Below the pieces are notes generated by a model. It made no database searches and was not told the origin of the DNA. It worked only from the letters and a program-made list of their open reading frames with translations. The translations under genes and the position numbers were made by a program. DNA of 64,000 nt. Origin: Hormiphora californensis. Lineage: Eukaryota > Animalia > Ctenophora. The DNA lies in the NCBI GenBank assembly GCA_020137815.1, contig CM035351.1:434001-498000 (forward strand), read 5' to 3'. Numbering within the stretch: the stretch's first letter is position 1; each line of letters starts with the position of its first letter. This document shows, one piece after another, positions 1 to 12,326 of this stretch.

Positions 1-190
1 AGACAGTGATATCTATTTGTTTGGAATATGACCAGATAGTATATGGGATCGCCTCATAACAAGCACAAAGCTGACAAAAAGCCCAGGACCAGTACACGAT
101 ATTTAAATTAACCCTGTGCGATAGAAATTGGTAAGTCTCGTTAAAGTCAGAGTAGACAGAAAAAGAATTGGACAAGCTTGATTGATGTAG

Positions 191-592
191 TAGAGCAGAA
201 CTCTCCGAGTATTTTCACTTTTCCCGCTCTGAAAAGATACATTCCTCGCTCTATTATATTTGTTACCAGGGGGCTGGAACTCTATCTCGCTATGTTCTGT
301 GGGCACTGGGCGTGTATGCCCGAACAGTGAACCTGCCCCGCCGTGTGTATAATAGAGAGCAATTTCACAGCGAGGAATGTATCATTGTATCTTTTGAGAG
401 CGGGAAAAATGGAAAATACTCGGAAAGTTATATGCTCTAAAGTCGGATTTTTTGAAGTTGTCACCCCCCGTTTCGTGCACGGAATGTTTTTGCGCGTCAC
501 ATCACATGTTAACGTGTGGTGTGCGCGTCAAAATTGATAAATTTCACATGCGCGGTCATTTTGGGGTGACAACTTCAAAAAATCCGACTCTA
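191..592. mobile_element. Two abutting MITE-like inverted-repeat elements (~191-439 and ~438-592)
   Basis: TAGAGCAGAACTCTCCGAGTATTTTC..CCTCGCT (191-250) is the imperfect reverse complement of AGCGAGG..AAATACTCGGAAAGTTATATGCTCTA (369-439). AGTCGGATTTTTTGAAGTTGTCACCCC (441) pairs with GGGGTGACAACTTCAAAAAATCCGACT (563-589). Confidence 0.6.
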
Positions 593-1922
593 CTACCTCA
601 ATCAAGCTTCTCCAATTCTGCTTCTATCCACTCTCACTTCAATGCGTACGTCAGTATTCCCCACTGACCGGCTTCCTTCATTCATAGCTGTGACATGCAT
701 AACTAGAACTGTGACGTGTGTATGTGTGTGTGTTTATAACTGTGTCAATACATTAATTGTCACTGAAAAGATAGTAATGTTGTTACTGTCCGAGTTATCT
801 AGCTTATTCGGGTTTATAAATAAAAATATCAATATCCCCTATAACAAATGAAATTTTCATTTGTTATTGGGGATATTTCTTTGAAAAGGGTACGGGTGTG
901 GTTGTACCATAGTTTTGTGTTAGGACTATCCACTACAACTGTGTTACTGTTATTGTAAACTTAAATTGTAAATTGTTTTTTCCATTTCAGTAACTGAAGG
1001 AGCTGCTAGTGCAAAACTATATGTGGAGGACTACAAAATATATATATAGAGGACTACAAGTGCAAGTGCAGTACAGTGCAAGGGGATCGCTAGTGTCTAA
1101 TGAAGCCGGCTTATCAATTATTGGCGTAATGACGTGGCTGCTCTGACTTACGATGACATTGGATCTGGTATTAATAAAGATTTGACTCTACAAAGACCAT
1201 AAAAAGGCCATGGACTCTATATTCTAAAATACTCGAAGCTTATAAGAAGAGTCATACGACATACGGGCTGTGATTGTGGCTGTGATGAGCTGTCGAGGTG
1301 AGAGGACATGTAGATTTCATGGGTGTAAAGTAACTGTGAAAGTTGTGTTTTCTCCTTTTGGTCGGGATACGAACTGAATAGGGTTTTATTGTAGAACAAC
1401 GCTACGTTCTACAATATGATATCAAAATTAAAACCCGTCGAATACTCTAGTACTCATTTCATAAAGCTGGTCAGTGGTCCAGATCCGGCCGGAAGGAGAA
1501 AACACAGCTTCCTCGTTAATTATGCGGCTAATCAACAATTTTCTCTCAATAGCTGAGAAACTGATACTGATAGTTCCCATAATTTATGTGAAAAATGCGG
1601 ATCTGTGTGTTATATTTATAATTATCAATTGCCTGATTACCATGCTATTCATTATCATATTTTAAATTTTGTTACCTTATTTATAAAACTAAAAGATGTT
1701 TATAATTTGACTCCCTAAACTGGCGAAAAAAAGGAAGATGCTACTGGTTCAAAGTTTCAAACATTGTTTGGTAATGTCATGTCATGTTTTTGTTCATCAG
1801 CAAGCTGCCGTCTGCCCTGGTAAATTGACGCCAGGGCGCGAATGTTTGTCTGTTTGTCTGTGACTTGATGGGAGAAACGGCTGACGCGGAGATCAACTCT
1901 GTGGGAATTTCGCGCGAGATTT

Positions 1923-2095
1923 CACGGCGCGCACGTCGTATGAAAGGTCGAGCACGAGGTCGAGCACAAGGTCTGACCAGTCACGTGACCACTGCGCGTC
2001 GTTGAACCGCCGTTGAGCCGCAGCGCGAAAAAAAGTGCTGACATTGACCGGACCTTGTGCTCGACCTTGTGCTCGACCTTCATGTGCTCGACCTG
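1923..2095. mobile_element. MITE-like element with subterminal GGTCGAGCAC repeats
   Basis: AGGTCGAGCAC x2 on the left arm and GTGCTCGACCT x3 on the right arm, in inverted orientation. Confidence 0.5.
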
Positions 2096-2771
2096 AACAT
2101 TTCCGAGTATGCTCATTTATTTATTTATTTATGTTTATAAGTCGCATGGGACGTGCGTGGTGTACCAGGAGTGGTGGATTGTGAAGCCACTCTTGTTGTG
2201 TCCCTCTCCCACCTTCTCCGTGTGCCAACACAACACTATACTGGTACACCCGCACAGTCGTGTTCCATTTTTTCCGATGCTTCAGTCCATGATTTTTTCG
2301 GCTGATTTTGGATTTTTTCCCCCCACGATTTTTCGCTATCTTGAAAAGCACCAGCACTGTTCAGACTGTACTCACCCCTTTCTTGTCAAGACTCAGCGTC
2401 ATGCCTCGTCGGCTCTGCTGATTTATAAATGGTTCCAATCCATGACAGGATAGCAATTTTAAAAACAACGCGATCGCCGATCGAGTGCATGATCAGCCAG
2501 AAATCCAGACAGGTTTTATTCCTACCAGCCAATCCATGTCCTCCTTCCCTAAACTCTCCACTAATAACTCTTCTAACATAACATGACCCAAATTTTAGTC
2601 GATGAGGCCTACATCGGCTCCCCTTTTTGATTTGCCATCCCGATTCCATACCAAAGTGATTCCCCTGATGTGCCTTTCTGATATCACAGAGAAAATTACA
2701 CAAAACCTTACCCCTCTACGGTATACCGGTAGACTCTACCCCTAACATGTATGACCCTACTTTAGCCTGAA

Positions 2772-4956
2772 ATGTCTACTGGCGAAGATGCGAAAGAGTA
2801 TGCAGAAGAAAAGGGCAAAGAGTTGGCGAATATTTTAGCGGGTGTATCATGTGAATTCGCCACCACGGCAACTTTGACTATCACAGAGGCTCCAAAGCTC
2901 TTGTTCAAGGAAGGCGATGATCCAGATTTCTCTTCGGTGATGTTGGCCCACGACAGCAAGGAATTGGAGAAACAAAAAGAAACCAAGAAAAACCGTGATG
3001 AGGCAGCTAATGCGTTTATGTATGGTGCAGATCCAACAATGATGGTTAACCGGAATGCAGCACTAGCAGAACAGCTGGGACGATTTGAATCGCTTAGAGA
3101 AGCCATGCCACAGGCATCATTTGGCCATGGATCAAAGGTGAGTGAATTACCATGTCAATTTCTAGCCACTGTGTAAACTTGATCTGGAGTTTTCTACTTG
3201 TCCTTGTCCCCTTATTTTCGACCTTTCGAATTTCACCACTACATCTTTTCTCTGTCTCTAAAGTTTTTAATTTATCTAACCAAAACTTTTCACTTTTCAG
3301 ACAAAGTGTGACACTGGTGTTCGTGATGCACTACAACTAACAGCTGATACATTTGAAGTCATGGTGAACCTAAGTGGGAATGCATCGTCTCTGAATTTGG
3401 GTGATGCATTAAAAGATTCAGGAGTTCTAGAAGAGGTTCAGAAAAATCTGGGAATTGACTCTGAGAGGTTTGACTTGGTTGCTGAGCAGTACAGTCTCAA
3501 CATGTACGGGAAAGGAGGCCACTTCAAAAAACACAAAGACACCCCTAGGGGGAGTGACATGGTCGGTACTCTGCTTGTTCAACTGCCTGGAGCCTATTAC
3601 GAGGGTGGGGCTTTGGAGATATCCGTTGGAGATGGTCTGAAGAAAAAAGTGGTGTTGGAAGGGCATCCATCGGTTTCAAATCGTTCCTACTATCGGCAAC
3701 AAGTTAAATGGCAGTTACCTGATCCTACCAAGCTTCGTATTGCCGCCTTCTTCTGTGATATTGATCACGAGGTTTTGGAGGTTGAGGAGGGGTTACGCCT
3801 TACAGTTGCATTTATTCTGCGAATCAAAGAAAAGATTGCTGCAGAGCTTCAAACGTCGGATATAAACAGTTACTGTCCTACCAAAAAGTCTCAGCTCGTC
3901 CGAGAAGGAAACTACATTAGCTGGGAAGTTTGTGGATCTTTGCAATGACGAGGCATTCCTTCCCGTGAACCCATTGAAAATCGATGTAACTAATCAATGG
4001 CAAAGAGAAAGTGGCTATACACGATTTGAGGAACGCCCGATATTTCTTGCATTCCCCTGCTTCCATCTCTACACAAATTCACAAGTTTTCACCAAGAAGA
4101 CAGAATCTGCCGCGACCCCTTTGACATCTACCCAGGTGGCTATGCTCAAAGGAAAAGATGCCGTCGTTGGTAAAGCAGTGTTGGCTGCCTCTGAAAAGAC
4201 TGGTGGTGCAGTCAAGATTTATCTTCAACCGCTGGTAGATCATGACTACACCGATCAAGCTGGTGGTTCTTACCTAATGCCAAAGTTCCCTACTCCAAAG
4301 TTTAAAGTCCCCCGTCGGATGTCAGATGATACTATCGAAACCAAGTTTAAGACGACTGGATGTTTTGAGGATATTTGGCCCATTTGGGTACTTGATGAGG
4401 AAGTTAGGCCATAAACCAGACAAAATTAGGCGGCTGTGAGTGGAATTCTGATGGCTATTTCGGCAACGAAGCGTCTTACATCGATTTCTACGTCAAAAGC
4501 TTTCTGCGAGTTGAGTTTGCACCTTCTGTGCAGAACGAAGAAGCTGATTCAAAAGGCACGAGATCAACCTAGAAAGGTCAGCCGGGCGCCCTGCTGCCCA
4601 AGAGAAAAGCTAACATTGCCTGCTGCTAACCAAAGCCGAAGAAAGCCAAAATGGATAACCCAGGACACTTATGTTATGAGTCGTGGTACAAGCCCAGGAT
4701 TAGAGGCAAGGAGATGGCTGAGAAAGATGCCCCACCCCCTCTAAGCGCGGGTAAAGGGATATCAAAGTATTTTGCCCCTGCCCCTCTGGCCACTCTGGAA
4801 AATGGGCTATCAAAGACGGCTGCTAGGCCGAAAAGGTCATGTGCTCGAGCTGTGAATAAACCTAGTGAGACTGATAGTGAAACCGAAAGTTCAAGCGAGA
4901 GTGAAAAAGAGAATAACTTCTATGTGAGTGAGTCTGATGACTCTGATTGGAGCTGA
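2772..4956 (+). CDS. 2OG-Fe(II) dioxygenase copy 1 (2 exons; several 1-bp frameshifts, either errors or pseudogenisation; 3' end uncertain, 4744 or 4956)
   Basis: Exon 1 2772-3137, GT-AG intron 3138-3300. Motifs QASFGHG/TKCDTGVRDALQL, YSLNMYGKGGHFKKHKDTPR (HxD), EGGAL, FCDIDHEV (distal His), GLRLTVAF (2OG-binding Arg), GYFGNEAS. Frame breaks near 3870, 4400-4430 and 4590-4670 relative to copy 2. Confidence 0.8.
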
Positions 4957-5271
4957 TTGACTTCAGCTAGGGCCACAACTGAGGACCCAACTCTGTAATT
5001 TATTAATTTTAATCCCTTATTTATCACAGTAAATTATCACACAGTAAATTATCCCAGTATCTTATATCCCAGTTACGTAACTTATCACAATTTATCAAAT
5101 TAACTTATTATTTTTCAGTAATGGACAATCGAATTTTAACCATAGTTTATTTTAATTCTCTTCGGAAATGACGAAATGAAACAAATTGATTTTTACGACA
5201 GTTTATAAATGTTTTTAAATTTTCTAAATTAATAGAAATACGGTTGTTTTACTCATCCCATCTTCCCCTTG

Positions 5272-6612
5272 TAAGCCTGTCAAAACGTGTTTCAACCTTG
5301 AAGTCACGAGAGGCAAGCCAATTCCGGTTGTACATCCTAGGTATAGGTCTCCTGAACATAAAAAACCAAAATGTCAGTCTCAATTATTTGGGGGAAGGTG
5401 TGTAATTAGCCCCTAATTGATTGGTAATTGAGCACAAGGGGAAAAAAGCTGTATCTACCCTTAGGAAAGGAGTAGAGACAAAATTAAGGGCACCAAAGTG
5501 TTCAGCGTCCTCGCATTAGTGGGGGTAGGTGCCGGAATGAAGTCTCTATCTCATCTGGTTAATTAGATAATTGGATAATTAGGTATGCGCATAGCCGTTT
5601 GCTGGCCATATGGCTATAGCCATGTTAAGAAAGGAGTAGAGACAAAACAGAGGGCACTAAAATGATCAGCGTCCTCGAATTAGTGGGGGTAGGTGCTGAA
5701 ATTAAATCTCTATCTCATCCGGTTAATTAGATAATTGGATAATTAGTTTTGCGAATAACCGTTTTTAGGCTATATGGCTATAGCCACTTAGGAATGGTTT
5801 AGAGACTTTTCATTGGTGCCATTTTGTAGGCAATGGCCAAGTTATGGGGGGTCGACGTTGGACTTTTAAGCTCTATCTTCAACCGTTTAGCCGTTATTTG
5901 GCTTTAAAGGTGCTCAAAATGAGCAAAAAACGGTAAAAAGCCCGATTTTTGCTCATTTTCAGCACCTTAAAAGCCAAATAACGGCTAAACGGTTGAAGAT
6001 AGAGCTTAAAAGTCCGACGTCGACCCCCATAACTTGGCCATTGCCTACAAAATGGCACCAATGAAAAGTCTCTGAACCATTCCTAAGTGGCTATAGCCAT
6101 ATAGCCTAAAAACGGTTATTCGCAAAACTAATTATCCAATTATCTAATTAACCGGATGAGATAGAGATTTAATTTCAGCACCTACCCCCACTAATTCGAG
6201 GACGCTGATCATTTTAGTGCCCTCGGTTTTGTCTCTACTCCTTTCCTAACATGGCTATAGCCATATGGCCAGCAAACGGCTATGTTCATACCTAATTATC
6301 CAATTATCTAATTAACCAGATGAGATAGAGACTTCATTCCGGCACCTACCCCCACTAATGCGAGGACGCTGAACACTTTGGTGCCCTTAATTTTGTCTCT
6401 ACTCCTTTCCTAAGGGTAGATACAGCTTTTTTCCCCTTGTGCTCAATTACCAATCAATTAGGGGCTAATTACACACCTTCCCCCAAATAATTGAGACTGA
6501 CATTTTGGTTTTTTATGTTCAGGAGACCTATACCTAGGATGTACAACCGGAATTGGCTTGCCTCTCGTGACTTCAAGGTTTGGCCAAAAATCGACACGTT
6601 TTGACAGGCTTA
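5272..6612. mobile_element. 1.34-kb foldback (near-perfect palindrome) element
   Basis: TAAGCCTGTCAAAACGTGT at 5272 and ACACGTTTTGACAGGCTTA ending at 6612. Arms are complementary throughout to a centre near 5930-5945, each has an internal duplicated block, and the element is flanked by direct repeat CTTG (5268-5271, 6613-6616). Confidence 0.9.
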
Positions 6613-6690
6613 CTTGGCACAGTCACAACTAAAACCCGAATCCCTCCCTTTACTTTCTACCCCTCCCATTTGACCCTGCTTTAGCTCAAC

Positions 6691-8658
6691 ATGTCGACTG
6701 GTGAAGAAGCAGAGGAGTATGCGGCAGAAAAGGGTAAAGAGTTGGCGACCATCTTGGCTGGGGTGTCATGTGAATTCGCCACCACGGCAACTTTGACGGT
6801 TACAGATGCTCCGACGCTCTGGTTCCAAGACGAAGTTACTCCAGATTTCACCTCAGTGGTGTTGGAACCAAACAGTGTTATCGTTGATGACTACATTCGC
6901 GAGGCATTGGAGAAACAGACAAAAGAAAAGGAGAAATGTGAACTGGAACGTAGACTATGGTCGTACAAAGAGAAACCAGAAGCGTTGATACGCCGTGATG
7001 GAATACTTCTAGAGCAGCTAGATCGGTTCGAAAGACTACGGGAAGCTATGCCACAGGCATCATTCGGTCACGGATCAGAGGTATACTTTATCTGGCATTA
7101 TATTAGTCTTTTCTGATCGTACTTTGGGCACATCGTATGCAACGTAGTCGTGCCACCCCCGTACGATGTCTCTGATATCGTTGGCAGCTTGGCTGCCAAA
7201 ATTGTAATTGTCCCACTACTCTTTTCACTTCTCTGTCTCTAAAATGTTTCATTTCAGACGAAGTGTGACACTGGTGTTCGTGATGCACTTCAACTACCAG
7301 CTGATGAATTTGAAGTCACTGTGAACATAAGTGGGAGTTCATCCTCACTTGATTTGGGTGACGCATTGGCAGCTTCTGGAGTCTTAGGAGAAGTTCAGAA
7401 AAATCTGGGAATTGACTCTGATAGATTTGATTTGGTCGCTGAGCAGTACAGTTTAAACATGTACGGGAAAGGAGGCCACTTTAAGAAGCATAAAGATACC
7501 CCTAGAGGGAGTGACATGGTCGGTACTCTGCTTGTTCAACTACCTGGAGCGTATTACGAGGGTGGGGCCTTGGAAATCTCCGTTGGCAATGGGTTAAAGA
7601 AAAATGTGGTCTTGGAAGGGCCCAAAAATGTCCCAGACCAGCCTTACTGGTGGCAATGTTTTGCGAACTGGCAGTTACCTGATCCCAATGAGCTTCGTAT
7701 TGCTGCCTTCTTCTGTGATATTGATCATGAGGTTTTGAAGGTGGAGGAAGGATTACGCCTTACTGTTGCATTTATTATGCGAATCAAAGAAAAAACAGCC
7801 CTAGATATAGAGCTTCCATCGTCGGATCTCAACAGTACTGTCCTACCAAAAAGTCTCAGCTCGTCCGAGAAGGAATCAACATTAGCTGGGAAGTTTGTGG
7901 AACTTTGCAATGACGAGTCTTTTCTACCTGTGAACCCATTAAAGATCGATGTAACTAATCAATGGCAGCGAGAAAGAGGCGAAACACGAATTGAAGAACG
8001 CCCGATATTTCTGGCGTTCCCGTGCTTCCATCTGTACACAAATTCACAAGTCTTCACGAAGAAGACGGAATCTGCTAAGTTGCCTTTGACATTGGCCCAG
8101 GTTGCTATGCTGAAGGGGAAAGATGCGGTCGTTGGCAAGGCAGTGTTGTTGGCTGCTGCTGAAAAGACTGGTGGAGCAGTAAAAATCTACCTTCAACCGA
8201 TCTTGGGCCATGACTATACTGATGACGCTGGTGGTTCTTATCTAATGCCAAAGTTCCCTACTCCAAAGTTTAAAGTCCCCCGTCGGATGTCAGATGATAC
8301 TATCGTGTCGAAGTTTAAGACGACTGGATGTTTCGAGGACATTTGGCCCATTTGGGTGTTTAATATGGAATTGGGCCACGAAGCAGACAACATTGGTGGA
8401 TGTGAGTGGAATGATGAGGGATATTTTGGCAACGAAGCTTCCGATATCCATTTTTATGTCAGAAGCTTTCTGCGAGTTGAGTTTGCACCATCTGTGGACC
8501 GAAAGAAAATGATTCAAAAGGCACGAAGTCGACCTAATAAGGAAAACCGAGCCCCTGCTCCCAAGAGGAAAGCTAACATTGCTGCTGCTACAAAGCCGAA
8601 AAAAGCCAAAATGGATAACCCGGGACACTATACTATGAGTCGTGGTTCAAGCCCATAA
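6691..8658 (+). CDS. 2OG-Fe(II) dioxygenase copy 2 (intact, 2 exons)
   Basis: Exon 1 6691-7080, intron 7081-7257, exon 2 open to TAA 8658. HKD...H...R residues intact; ends NKENRAPAPKRKANIAAATKPKKAKMDNPGHYTMSRGSSP. Confidence 0.92.
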
Positions 8659-9036
8659 CTCGTTCAACTGTTGCGAATACACCCTGATATGCCGCTACTT
8701 TCAAGCTGAAAAAAGTTCAGAAAACCGGGATATTTTCAGCAATCGTTTTGTTTTGATGAAAATAGTCAGCAATTTATTTAATAGTTTATAATTCAGAGAA
8801 AACACTTTTTAACTAACTAAGTTATTAATCTATTAACAACGTAGGTACAATATTTCAATTTAAATTACTGAATTTTAAATACTTTTGTAAAATCGTTAGA
8901 ATTGACCATGTTGTGACATCAACGATGTAGTAATTAAATGTCATAATTTCTGGAAATACGAAGCGAACTATTTAGATTGGACATTTTCCGTTTGGGTCAT
9001 CACCCGAAGTTAATTTATTCCGTATAATATCAAACA

Positions 9037-9258
9037 GCTTATCACATTAACTTATCACCACAACTTATAATCACATTAACTTATCACATTAACTTATCAC
9101 ATTAACTTATCACATTAACTTATCACATTATCTTATCACATTAACTTATCACATTAACTTATCACATTAACTTATCACCTTAACTTATCACATTAACTTA
9201 TCACATTAACTTATCACCTTAACTTATCACATTAACTTATCACATTAACTTATCACAT
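9037..9258. repeat. 13-bp minisatellite (CTTATCACATTAA)n
   Basis: About 16-17 directly visible tandem units. Confidence 0.95.
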
Positions 9259-9670
9259 AATCAAATTAATTTCTGTGTAACTTACTGGTTAGTCGAAGGG
9301 ATATCTGTAATTTTGACAACTGAACAGGCGAAATGAATAATATAGTTTTATAAAATGTTTTAATTACGTTTTTAAATTTGTAAGCTTATAAAGTTGTTTT
9401 ACTCATCCCATCTTCCTACTCTTCAATCTACCCCTGACCCCCAATAATAACACCGGCCCACATCGTTGTTGGCATCCCTGCCATCCCATATCCCAATCCC
9501 ATACCAAATGAATTCCCCTGATGTGACTTTTCTCTACCGACTTTGATTGACAGGGCATCGCCAAATTGCTTCATAATATTGGCACAATTTGGCGATGAAA
9601 TGACGCTACCCTGATTTCCCAATGTTTCCAACTATCCTCTAACTCCCTTTTCATGCAACTTTAGTCCAAG

Positions 9671-11793
9671 ATGCCTGGTGATGCAGTAACGGACGCCAAG
9701 GATTATGTCTATGCGATGGAAAGAGGCAAAGAGTTGGCGAACATCTTGGCGGGTGTGGGATGTGAGTTTGCGATCACGGCATCTTTGAAGCTTGCTGAGG
9801 CACCCAGGATCATGTTTAAAAAAGGCAAGTCTACAGTGATAATGGCTCCTGACAACGATAAGATAAAGCTAAAAGTTGAAGACGCAAAGAAAGCAGCAGA
9901 AGAAAAGAAGAATGCTGCTAAAGAAGAAGTTGAAGAGAAATCGTATGATGATTTTGTCGATGAAAATAAACCGGGCTGGATGTTTCACCGTGAAGCGGCC
10001 CTTGCGGAACAGATGGGCCGATTAGCATCACTTAGAGAAGCTATGCCACAGGCAACTTTTGGCCATGGAAAAAAGGTGAGTTGACATCAAATGTTTGTAA
10101 GAATATCTAGTAGGCCTGTTAGCAAATAGCAAGGATAGTTGCACTATGTATTCATAGTGCTGCTTTAAAGGACCAGAAGAGACATGTGAACAATTAGCTG
10201 CAGCAACGTGCACGAAATCAGTTTAATTTTAAATTAAATTTTCGCACTGGATGGTTGTCCTAAAAAATTGACAATTTCTTGTCCCTCGACTGATTACCTA
10301 GTTAATCAAACATGTCATCTTCGAATTCTAACCCTGCTGTGCCTTTTTGCAAAGCAAAAAGGCATCCGGGTGAATTCGGCATTCGCCTGCGAAAGTATCA
10401 TTTATCTAAACAAAGCTTTTCATTTCAGACAAAGTGTGACACTGGTGTGCGTGATGCATTGCAACTGCCAGCTGATACATTTGAAGTAATGGTGAAACTT
10501 GGTGGGAATTCATCGTCTGTTAATTTAGGAGACGCTTTGGCAGATTCAGGAGTCCTAGGAGATGTTCAGAAAAATCTGGGAATTGACTCTGAGAGATTTG
10601 ATTTGGTCGCCGAACAGTACAGTCTAAACATGTACGGGAAAGGAGGCCACTTCAAAAAGCACAAAGATACCCCTAGAGGGAGTGACATGGTCGGTACTCT
10701 GCTTGTTCAACTACCTGGAGCCTATTACGAGGGTGGGGCTTTGGAGATCTCCGTTGGAGATGGATTCAAGACAAAACGTGTCTTAGAAGGGCATAAAACA
10801 ATCCCAAGGTATCCACACCAATGGGATGATTTTCAATGGCAGTTACCTGATCCTACCAAGCTTCGTGTCGCCGCATTCTTCTGTGATATTGACCATGAGG
10901 TTATGAGGGTAGAAGAAGGATTACGCCTGACAGTCGCATTTATCCTCCTAATCAGAGAAAAACAAGTTCCGGAGGTTCCATCTTCGGATCTCAACAGTAC
11001 CGTTCTACCAAAAAGTCTGAGCTCGTCCGAAAAGGAAGCTGTACTGGCTGCGAAGTTTATAGAGCTTTGCAATGACGAGTCATTTCTGCCGAAGAAGCCA
11101 ATGATAGTTGATATTGCTGATGAATGGAGTCAAAAAAGAGGCGAAGAACGACTTGCCAAACGTCCAGCCTTTCTGGCATTTCCGTGCTTCCATCTGTACA
11201 CAAATTCACAAGTCTTCAAGAAAAAGGCTGATTCTGCCAAGCTGCCTTTGACATCAACTCAAGTGGCTGTGCTCAAGGGTAAAGACTCAATCCTTGGTAA
11301 AGCAGTGCTGTCTGCCTCTGAAAAGACTGGTGGTGCCGTCAAGATTTATCTACAACCGCTGGTGGATCACGAATTTACTAAACCAGATTATGAAGGCCGT
11401 GGTCCGTACATGTTGCCAAAGTTTCCGCCTCCTAAGCTCAAAATCCCTAGCCAGATGTCCGATGAATCAATCGAGAAGAAATTCAAAACGACTGGAAATT
11501 TGAGAGATGACATTTGGCCAATTTGGGTATTTGATGAGGAATTGGGACACACGCCTGATATAATAGGAGAGACCGAGTGGAATCATGAGGGATATTTTGG
11601 TAACGAAGCGTCCGACATTGAATTCTACGTTAAAGGCCTTCTTCGTGTTGAGTTTGCACCATACGCAGAACGGAAGAAGATGATTAAAACGGCAATAGGT
11701 CAACTGAACAAGGAAAACCGGGCTGAAGGCTCTAAGAGGAAGGGAAATAGCTCTACCAATTCCAAGGCAAAAAGAGGAAAGAAAACGTCATAA
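9671..11793 (+). CDS. 2OG-Fe(II) dioxygenase copy 3 (intact, 2 exons; lacks the SRGxSP tail)
   Basis: Exon 1 9671-10075, intron 10076-10428, exon 2 open to 11793. Catalytic motifs intact; ends NKENRAEGSKRKGNSSTNSKAKRGKKTS. Confidence 0.92.
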
Positions 11794-12326
11794 TGAACGG
11801 GACTTTTGGTTTTAGTATACATACTATGAAAGTTTAATCGAAATAAAATACTTTTTAATTTAATTTTACATCCATTAAAGTAATTTATTTTTCTGTTTTA
11901 GAATTTTAAGGATTGACAATGTAGTTATTTGGAAAGCTTTCATTCATGCATGATTTAGAGTTGAAAGAAAGTCTAAATAGTTGACACATGGAAGATGATC
12001 ACTGCTTTTTAAAGTTGAATGTTTCTTCACTTTCATTGAGTGCCATTTTGTTTAATTAATTATTTGATGTAACTATTTATACTAGAATTATTTTATTAGT
12101 TTAGGATCGTATCACTCAAGTTCATGAATGAATGTTGTGCAAAAAGTGAAATGAATAAATATGTTTATAAATGTTTTACAATTTTCAATTAAATAAAAAG
12201 TTGTTTCATTATCCCTGGCCCTCTTTTTCTATATTTCCTGACCTCTCTGTTACCTTGCAATCTTAACATTGTACTCCTTTACATAGTCCTAAAATCTCCT
12301 AAAATATTTTCTCTCAGTGACAGATA

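Noticed and set aside
2386-2703. Antisense ORFs sharing HQGNxFGM upstream of copies 1 and 3
   Set aside because: Similarity is limited to one ~26-bp DNA motif, better treated as a non-coding element.
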